Shown piece by piece: positions 56,451 through 63,415 of a stretch of DNA of 63,415 bases. Source of the stretch: Candidatus Woesearchaeota archaeon (GTDB taxonomy: Archaea; Nanobdellota; Nanobdellia; Woesearchaeales; UBA583). Each line of letters starts with the position of its first letter. The first letter of the stretch is position 1. A model generated the notes under the pieces. The model made no database searches and was not told the DNA's origin. It saw only the letters and a program-made list of their open reading frames with translations. The stretch spans positions 1 to 63,415 of the forward strand of contig JAQICV010000041.1 in NCBI GenBank assembly GCA_027858315.1. Reading direction: 5' to 3'. A program made the position numbers and the translations under genes.

Positions 56451-56843
56451 TTACAAAACATCGCTAATTCTTTTCTTTTTTATTAAAACTGATTGTCCTA
56501 TATAATCATTAATAATATCTTCATCAATTTCTTCTGCATGTTTAAATTTGACATATTTTATCTTATCTTCACTTTTTTTATCAAATATTTTATATCTATC
56601 AACTATTAAGTCTCCATGTCCAAATGAAAGCTTAACATAATCTTTTATAGGAAAAATTCCAATAATATATCCCGATATTGGATGATGGTAGAGTATGCTT
56701 TTCAATTCAAAATTGACCTTTTCTTCAATATCTTCATACTTTTTATAAATTATTTTCCTTAAAGTTTTAATAATATCAATAACTTCAAAGTTATAATCTG
56801 CTAAAAAATCCACTAAATCTGGGTTCTCACTAATTTTTTTCAT
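56451..56843 (-). CDS. DUF1801/YdhG-like protein
   Basis: LRKII....EE, V.L.F..G. Confidence 0.65.
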   Translation of the reverse strand: MKKISENPDLVDFLADYNFEVIDIIKTLRKIIYKKYEDIEEKVNFELKSILYHHPISGYIIGIFPIKDYVKLSFGHGDLIVDRYKIFDKKSEDKIKYVKFKHAEEIDEDIINDYIGQSVLIKKKRISDVL

Positions 56844-56947
56844 TAGATGATATGGATTTTGTAAATTATATACTTATCGTTTTATTCTTTCAAATATCTC
56901 AAATTTTAAGGAATAACTAAAAATATTTCAATTAATTTCAAATTACC

Positions 56948-57301
56948 TTACTCAAATATTGATTCCTTCCTAAATTTTTTAGTCAGTAGATAGTAAAATA
57001 CTGCTCTATTCTTTCTTCCATGATTCTTAAGTTTATCACGGACTTCCATAATTGCTTTATCAAGTTTATCTTCAGAAAGTTCTTCTAAACCTAACTTTAT
57101 TTTTAAAAAATTATGTTTCACTGTTTCTAGTTCCTTTTCATCACCACATGAAACTAACTCAGCATCTGCATTATATATACTTGGCCCAAGATATGTTGTA
57201 ATTTTAAACAACAAGTTTTGGTCAATATCTTCTCCTAAATCTTTAAGTTGAGTATTATATTTTTCTATTTTTTTTGTTTTTTCCATCTTTTCATCACTCA
57301 T
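56948..57301 (-). CDS. DUF2853 family protein
   Basis: LGPSIYNADAELVS..D..ELETVK.NFL..KLGL, K.RAVFYYLL. Confidence 0.82.
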   Translation of the reverse strand: MSDEKMEKTKKIEKYNTQLKDLGEDIDQNLLFKITTYLGPSIYNADAELVSCGDEKELETVKHNFLKIKLGLEELSEDKLDKAIMEVRDKLKNHGRKNRAVFYYLLTKKFRKESIFE

Positions 57302-57365
57302 GTTATATGAATTTAGAATTTATAAAACTAACTTTTATAAACCTCGTTCTCCTGAAACTACTATC

Positions 57366-57716
57366 ATGGCATTAACAGAAGTTACACTAACGATTTTAAT
57401 AGTTTTTCTATTAATTGTAATATCTTCATTACCTCTATACCTTGCAGCAAAAACTTTTGGAGGAAAAACTACTATTTTAAAAACATTTTTTGTAATGATA
57501 CTAGTCAGTATTCTTACAATTTTTGCTCAAGCAATTTTTAGAATATATGGAACAATTATAGCATTCATCCTAGTGTTAATTGTATTTAAAGAATTATTTC
57601 ATCTAAGTTTAGGAAAAGCATTTTTAGTATGGATATTTTGGTTAATTTTTGTAATATTATTCACATTTATTTTTTCAATACTAGGTTTAAGCTTCTTTGC
57701 AATAACATTATTTTGA
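57366..57716 (+). CDS. Small 4-TM membrane protein
   Basis: Highly hydrophobic; ATG 57366 downstream of a TATA. Confidence 0.7.
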   Translation: MALTEVTLTILIVFLLIVISSLPLYLAAKTFGGKTTILKTFFVMILVSILTIFAQAIFRIYGTIIAFILVLIVFKELFHLSLGKAFLVWIFWLIFVILFTFIFSILGLSFFAITLF

Positions 57717-59099
57717 TTCAATTTTATCTTTTATTTTTTTATACATATTAAAACATCTCTCCGAATTCTCAATATCTCCCTTTTCTCTATAAATCTTGTA
57801 TAGTTGTAAATATATCTTGAAATTTTCTTTATCAATATCTAGAGCATTATTATAATTTTTAATTGCAAGTTCAATGTTTTTCCTCCTCTCAGCAATTAAA
57901 CCTTTGTAATAATAACATTCAGAATTATTAGGATTTAATCTCAAACAATTATTAAATTCTATTTCTGATTCTTCAAACTTATTCTCTAAAAGAAATATTT
58001 CTGCTTTTTCAAAATAGGCATCCTCAAATTTAGGGTTAATTTCAATTACTTTATTGTAACTTTTAATTGCAAGTGAATAATCTTTTTTTATTTTATACAC
58101 ATTCCCAATTCCTTGATATGCTAAAAACAAATTTTTATCTCTATCTAGAGATTTTTCATAATTAGATATAGCTTTTTCATAATTTAGCAGTTTTTCATAA
58201 ATAAGTCCTAAAAAATAAAATATTTGTGGATTATCATTTCCTAGTTCAAGTGATTTATTCAAATCCGAAATAGCATTTTCATAATTTCGAATATAATCTT
58301 TTTTATCCTCATCATCATTATATTTTGAAAACTCAATTTTAATATCTTCTTTTTTCTCCTTAATTTCATCATCACTATCTAATCTAATCTTTTTTATTGA
58401 AGTAATATCTTCTTTTCTTTGATTATCTTTTAGTTCTTTTGAGAAATTAACTTTGACAATTTCATCATCTTCTTTAAATTTTTTATTATCTTCAATAATT
58501 TTCACAAATTTATCATGAAATTTTTTATAATCATCTTCATCAAGGTTTTTTTTATTTGAAAGTTCTTTCTTAAATTTAATTTTCTCACTCCAATCATATT
58601 TTTGTTCTAATTCTTTTTTATCTTCTTTCTCTTTTAGTGTTCTCTTAATTTCCATATCTTTTTTATAATAATCTTCTTCTTCTTTCTCAATTTCTACTCT
58701 CGTAGTTTTTTTATTATTTTCAAATGTTTTATTATCTTCACTAATATCATTGTTATTATTATCTTCTAGATTTTTAAGAATTGTTTTAATATGTTTAAGT
58801 TCTTTTTCTAGTTCTTTTTTTCTCTTAGAATTCTTATTCTCTTCTTTGAAAAGTTTCTCTAAGACTATAAAATCCTTTTTTGCATTTTTTAAGTCTCCTA
58901 AATCCTTATATAAAATTCCTCTTTTGTAATAAGCTTCAGTAAATGTTGGGTCAAGTTCAATAACTTTATTAAAATTTTCAATTGCCCTTTCTCTAAATCC
59001 TAAATATGTATTTGCAAGCCCTCTCTCAAAGTAATTTTCAACAAGTTCCTTAGTATTATCTAAAGTAAATATATTTTTGAACTTATTGAAAAAATCCAT
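57708..59099 (-). CDS. TPR repeat protein with central charged low-complexity region
   Basis: Two N-terminal and about six C-terminal TPR motifs (AI..Y.K.IE.NP). Confidence 0.88.
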   Translation of the reverse strand: MDFFNKFKNIFTLDNTKELVENYFERGLANTYLGFRERAIENFNKVIELDPTFTEAYYKRGILYKDLGDLKNAKKDFIVLEKLFKEENKNSKRKKELEKELKHIKTILKNLEDNNNNDISEDNKTFENNKKTTRVEIEKEEEDYYKKDMEIKRTLKEKEDKKELEQKYDWSEKIKFKKELSNKKNLDEDDYKKFHDKFVKIIEDNKKFKEDDEIVKVNFSKELKDNQRKEDITSIKKIRLDSDDEIKEKKEDIKIEFSKYNDDEDKKDYIRNYENAISDLNKSLELGNDNPQIFYFLGLIYEKLLNYEKAISNYEKSLDRDKNLFLAYQGIGNVYKIKKDYSLAIKSYNKVIEINPKFEDAYFEKAEIFLLENKFEESEIEFNNCLRLNPNNSECYYYKGLIAERRKNIELAIKNYNNALDIDKENFKIYLQLYKIYREKGDIENSERCFNMYKKIKDKIESK

Positions 59100-59210
59100 A
59101 TTATTTTATTATAAACTCATTTTATATTCTTTCTTCCAATTTTTTAGGAGTGACTTTTACTATTAAGATTATTTAGGAACAATTATAAATAATTATCATA
59201 AGTAAAGTGT

Positions 59211-59447
59211 ATGGTCGATTATTTAGCATTAAAAATATTATTCATTATGCTCGTCGTATTTCTTGTAATCTGGGATATGACTTGGAAAGCTATAGGAATG
59301 TGGAAAGCAGGTAGAAACAATCAATTGGTTTGGTTTGTTTTCATATTCATTCTAAATACAGCAGGAATTTTACCAATAGTTTATATCTTCTTTTTTCAAA
59401 GAAATATGAATAAAAAAATAAAAACTAAAATCAAAACCAAAAAGTAA
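59211..59447 (+). CDS. DUF5652-like small membrane protein
   Basis: WK..GMWKA.RN.Q..WF....LNT.GILP..Y. Confidence 0.8.
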   Translation: MVDYLALKILFIMLVVFLVIWDMTWKAIGMWKAGRNNQLVWFVFIFILNTAGILPIVYIFFFQRNMNKKIKTKIKTKK

Positions 59448-59548
59448 AGATTTTTCATTAAAATACTCCATTTTTTAATATGAGTATAAAATAAATACTC
59501 CAATAGATATTCTAAAAATAACCAAAAATTAACCTAATAATTTTAGAT

Positions 59549-60862
59549 TTATTTTTTAATCACAGGATAAAGTGTTTTATTAAAAAATCCTTTAACTAAG
59601 TTCTTCTCAGCAAGGAAAATAAAAATTGAAGTAAAGATAATACTAATAACTACAACGCTTAAAACAACATTAACAAAATTAGCAGCTGCTCCATTTAGAA
59701 CCTCCGATTGAACACTTAATTGAGCTAGAACTGCTGCAGCTAATCCTTTAGGGATAAGACTCTCTAAAAATAATCTATCTTTTTCTAAATCCTTATCTTT
59801 TAAAAAAACCATCTTAACTGCAAAAGGTCTAATTAAATAAATTCCAAATGTGATAATGAAACCCCAAACAAAAATGAATGGGTCTGAAAATTCAATTAAA
59901 ATTCCTAAATATACAAAGAAAAATATCTTTAAGAAAAATGAAATCTCTGAAAAAATCACTTTAGCATTATTAGATAAAACTCTTTTATTAGCCCTCAAAT
60001 CCAATATTTCGTCCTTTTTATCATGACTCCTAAATCTTGCTGCTCTTTTCTCAATTTGCTCATCTTTATTCTTATTCATAAAACCTAAAATTGATCTAGA
60101 ATTTCCTAAAATCAAACCAAAAGTTAAAGCTCCTATAGCTCCAGATGCACTAACAAAAGGACTCTCTATAAATGCATAAAGTCCAACAACTAATCCTATA
60201 GTTAGAATATGCATATCAATTAACTCTTCAAATTTACTCATTAAAACAATCCAGATCATACCAAAAATTGTAGCAACAATAATTGCCATAGAAAATGAAG
60301 ATAAGACACTCTTAAAAATTCCACTTGCAACAATTTGGCCAGTCTCAAGAATTTGAAGAAGTGTAATAACACTAATAATTCCTAAAACATCTGTAATAGC
60401 GCTCTCTAGTGTCAAAACATTCCCGAATCTTTCTCTAATTGAGATATTTTGGATAAGAGGAATAACAACAGCTGAAGAAGTTCCACCTAAAACCATTCCA
60501 CAAAGTAAAGCAATAGTCCATGATTGAAATAAGCCATATGTAATAAGAGTTACAACAGCTATTGTCAAAAGAAAATGAACAATTGTAAGACTAAGAGTTT
60601 TTGGTAAAACTTTAATTAAACTTCTAAAATCAATACTAAGTGCTCCTTGAAACAATAAAAAAACAAGTGCAAAAGTTGTAAAAATTCCTGCAATACTCAC
60701 AAATGATTCTGGAGTTACAATCTTAAAATAATATCTTAAAGCTATACCTGTTCCAATTAAAAACAAAACATCAGGGATATTAGTCTTTTTGAAAATCCAC
60801 TCACTTAAGTAGCCTAGAAAAATAATTCCCGAAATAATTGCAAAAATATAAATTACATCCAT
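59549..60862 (-). CDS. Cation:proton antiporter (CPA1/NhaP-like)
   Basis: TSSAVVIP, LESAITD, PKGLAAAVLA. Confidence 0.88.
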   Translation of the reverse strand: MDVIYIFAIISGIIFLGYLSEWIFKKTNIPDVLFLIGTGIALRYYFKIVTPESFVSIAGIFTTFALVFLLFQGALSIDFRSLIKVLPKTLSLTIVHFLLTIAVVTLITYGLFQSWTIALLCGMVLGGTSSAVVIPLIQNISIRERFGNVLTLESAITDVLGIISVITLLQILETGQIVASGIFKSVLSSFSMAIIVATIFGMIWIVLMSKFEELIDMHILTIGLVVGLYAFIESPFVSASGAIGALTFGLILGNSRSILGFMNKNKDEQIEKRAARFRSHDKKDEILDLRANKRVLSNNAKVIFSEISFFLKIFFFVYLGILIEFSDPFIFVWGFIITFGIYLIRPFAVKMVFLKDKDLEKDRLFLESLIPKGLAAAVLAQLSVQSEVLNGAAANFVNVVLSVVVISIIFTSIFIFLAEKNLVKGFFNKTLYPVIKK

Positions 60863-60888
60863 GGTAAATTAAAATGAAATGAGTTTAT

Positions 60889-60988
60889 AAATTTTTTTGA
60901 CTTCAAAAAAATTCTGCTCAGTCATCTTTGATTACAGACAAACTTTTTTTACTTCAAATAAAGTTCTATTTAGAAATCTTAGATTTCA
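60889..60988. repeat. Tandem multi-hairpin intergenic element related to copies A/B
   Basis: AATTTTTTTGA-ct-TCAAAAAAATT, GCTC, small hairpin, GACAA, then AACTTT...AATAAAGTT and GAAATCT-t-AGATTTC. Confidence 0.55.
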
Positions 60989-61029
60989 TGTAAATTTGAG
61001 TTGTTATTGAATTAGATATAAAACATTTT

Positions 61030-61875
61030 CTATTTATACATATCAAAGAAACTACTCTTTAATATTTTTCCGTTCTCTAAAATAATTAATATTTCAATAT
61101 TTTTATACTTCTCATCAAATTCTATCTTTTTCAAAACATCTTCAGAATTAAGTTGAATAAAATAAGTTCCAAGAGCATCAAGTTCATAACATTTATCTTT
61201 TTCTGAAATAAGTGTAATAGTATAAATATCACTTTTATTTCCTAAAATATGAGAACCAAATTTATATTTTTGTTTATCATGACCAGAAGTTATAATTGAA
61301 CCTCTCTTCATATCAACATATTCTTGTTCAATAATTTTATTTTCAAAAGGGTTGTTAATATAAATCCTTATTTTCTTAGAAGAATCAAGAACAATATCTC
61401 CTCTTGCATCAATATAAATATTGGACTTATCATATTTTTTTTTAATCAAATTAAGAATTACATCAATAATATACCCTTTAACAAAACCACCTAAATCAAG
61501 TTCAATATCAGAATTAAGTTTTATTTTTCCATTTTCAAAAATAATTATAGAATCAATATCTAAATTTAATCCCTCTTTAACTTTAGAATTAGTTTTCCTA
61601 TCCCTAATATCTTTTCCTAAAAAAATATTAAACAATCCATTTGTCTTTGAATAAAATTCCATTCCCTTTTCAAGAATAAATTTAAATTCAGAATCATTTT
61701 CAATATCCTTATTTAAATTCAATTTTGAGAGCATGCTCTCATCATCAAAAAAATTAAATTTGTTAATCAATTTTTGCATCTCAAAGAAACCATATTCAAT
61801 AACTTTCTTATCATTTTCAGAATTGTTAATTTCAATGCTAACATTTCCACCCATAAGTTTTTTAGTTATAATCAT
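61030..61875 (-). CDS. apbE: ApbE-like FAD:protein FMN transferase
   Basis: LDLGGFVKGY..D, GDI, TSG, HI, DAL.T; no signal peptide. Confidence 0.85.
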   Translation of the reverse strand: MIITKKLMGGNVSIEINNSENDKKVIEYGFFEMQKLINKFNFFDDESMLSKLNLNKDIENDSEFKFILEKGMEFYSKTNGLFNIFLGKDIRDRKTNSKVKEGLNLDIDSIIIFENGKIKLNSDIELDLGGFVKGYIIDVILNLIKKKYDKSNIYIDARGDIVLDSSKKIRIYINNPFENKIIEQEYVDMKRGSIITSGHDKQKYKFGSHILGNKSDIYTITLISEKDKCYELDALGTYFIQLNSEDVLKKIEFDEKYKNIEILIILENGKILKSSFFDMYK

Positions 61876-61942
61876 TTTATTTTTAAAAATTAAGTATTAA
61901 GAAATTATATTTAAATAGAGATTTAAAATTAGATTAATTTTT

Positions 61943-62941
61943 TTAATCAAAATTAAATTCTTCAGGACTCTTTAATAATTGTGTTGCTTTATAGCATAAA
62001 AGAACCGGATTATTCTCATTTTCTAACATAAGTTCTTTAAGTGAAGGATTACTTTCAACCATTTTAAATTTTTTAAGCTCTACAAGTTTTTTAATATTCC
62101 TAATAAACCATGCGTTTTGATCTAGTGTAGTTTCATTTTTTTCAAAAGCATCCAACTTTCTAATACCAATATATTGAATATTTTTACCATTAATAATCTC
62201 GTGTTTAGATTTTGTATCAATTTTCTCAAAAACATTTTCCCTACCAAAAATATCTTTAATTTTATCAAGAATATACTTTTCATGAATTGGGTGGTCTTCT
62301 TTTATCTCGAAAACATCATCTTCAACATCAGATTGGGATTCTTTTTCTTCTTCTTTTGTAGATGTTTCTTCAATTATTACTTCGTTATTCTCTTTAGAAG
62401 TAGTCTCAATTTCAATTTCATTTAAATTTTCATCAACTTTAGGTTCTTCAACATCATCTTTTGTAGTAGAAAATTCTTCTTCGATTTTATTGACATCATC
62501 TATTTCTTGGATTTCAAAAGGTTCTTCATTAGAGATATCATGTGTATCCTCAACATCTTCAATTTTTTCTTTATCTAAATCGTCATCAGTAATTGGTTCT
62601 TCAATTTCAATTTCTTCAACTTGATTATTAGATTTTTCAACACTAATGTACTCTTCAGGACTATTATCTTCTTCAGAATTTTCATAATGAGTAGACAATG
62701 TTCCTTCTTTTTTGTCAAGTAAAAGTCTTAATTGTTTAATTTCTGAAAAATTTAGTTTTTCAACAATAGATTCTAATTCCAAATTTCCGGATTCTACAAC
62801 TTTAGTAATAGGAGAACTAGGAACTTCTTCTTCTACTTCTTTTTCTTTATCATCACCTTTAAGAATTGTACTAAGTTTAACCTTATCTTCTTCTGAGAGC
62901 TCATGATTCTCTTTTGATAAAAACTTTTTAAAAAAACCCAT
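61943..62941 (-). CDS. Highly acidic hypothetical protein
   Basis: Long E/D-rich disordered middle region; small folded-looking C-terminus. Confidence 0.7.
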   Translation of the reverse strand: MGFFKKFLSKENHELSEEDKVKLSTILKGDDKEKEVEEEVPSSPITKVVESGNLELESIVEKLNFSEIKQLRLLLDKKEGTLSTHYENSEEDNSPEEYISVEKSNNQVEEIEIEEPITDDDLDKEKIEDVEDTHDISNEEPFEIQEIDDVNKIEEEFSTTKDDVEEPKVDENLNEIEIETTSKENNEVIIEETSTKEEEKESQSDVEDDVFEIKEDHPIHEKYILDKIKDIFGRENVFEKIDTKSKHEIINGKNIQYIGIRKLDAFEKNETTLDQNAWFIRNIKKLVELKKFKMVESNPSLKELMLENENNPVLLCYKATQLLKSPEEFNFD

Positions 62942-63041
62942 ATATTTTTCACAGTTGATTTCTTTTAAAATATATTGTATTAGTTAAAGGTAGTGTCAAT
63001 CATAAAAATTAAAAATTAAAACATACTTTTCCAATTTCAGA

Positions 63042-63233
63042 TTAGTAAGTATATATTTTTTTTTTCATAATTTCAAGTATTTTTTTCTCTTCTTTTTTGT
63101 TTAAATTATTAAATTTTTCCTTATGTTTAGACCTTGCATGTTTAATCATTTTTTCTACAACTTCTTCATCACTATTACCTGTTGCAATAAAATAATCTTC
63201 TGCACCTAAATCACAACAATTTAAAGCTTTCAT
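63042..63233 (-). CDS. DUF1059 small metal-binding protein
   Basis: C.DLG....F.A.G....EV......HA...H. Confidence 0.75.
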   Translation of the reverse strand: MKALNCCDLGAEDYFIATGNSDEEVVEKMIKHARSKHKEKFNNLNKKEEKKILEIMKKKIYTY

Positions 63234-63415
63234 TTGTATCACCTGTAATTTATTTTGGATACATAGTCTGATTTTTATAATTTATAAATTTAACTAAAAT
63301 TTGGCTTCATCCGATTGAGTATAAACAACAACTAATTATCTATTTTTATCTAAAAATTTATTTTTTGAATAAAAAATCTAAATTGAAAATTTAGAATAAA
63401 AGAAATATTCTTATG

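Noticed and set aside
728..62906. Short antisense or overlapping ORFs in the track (e.g. 728-928, 6211-6456, 13760-14128, 25285-25614, 38101-38379, 53893-54207)
   Set aside because: Shadow frames of well-supported genes with no motifs or promoters
1..63415. CRISPR array, cas genes, integrase or transposase
   Set aside because: No regularly spaced direct repeats and no ORF with the relevant motifs

Overview
Very AT-rich archaeal chromosome segment, most likely from a DPANN lineage (Woesearchaeota/Nanoarchaeota-like). The evidence is archaeal informational genes (cdc6, PolD DP1, rpo4, eL15/eL18/eL21/eS8, uL3-uL29 cluster plus aIF1), a fused PriS-PriL primase, an AlaRS truncated like the Nanoarchaeum alpha subunit, and TATA boxes about 22-35 nt upstream of many start codons. 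RNA genes are a lone 5S rRNA, an RNase P RNA and an initiator tRNA-Met. I found no CRISPR array, integrase or transposase. The most striking content is a dispersed set of bacterial-type genes under archaeal promoters: an intact HAMP-GGEEF diguanylate cyclase, an HD-GYP-like phosphodiesterase, an RsbW-like kinase, a membrane-anchored lytic transglycosylase and a Lit/DUF1461-like enzyme, alongside large surface proteins and proteases. Several of these accessory genes share an upstream AGTAGTnAC motif. Also seen: a family of double-hairpin intergenic repeats (two flank alaS in inverted orientation), a synonymously diverged duplicate of a surface-protein 3' end, two broken genes and two small ORFs missing from the ORF track. 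All assignments come from motif recognition by eye; no database searches were run.
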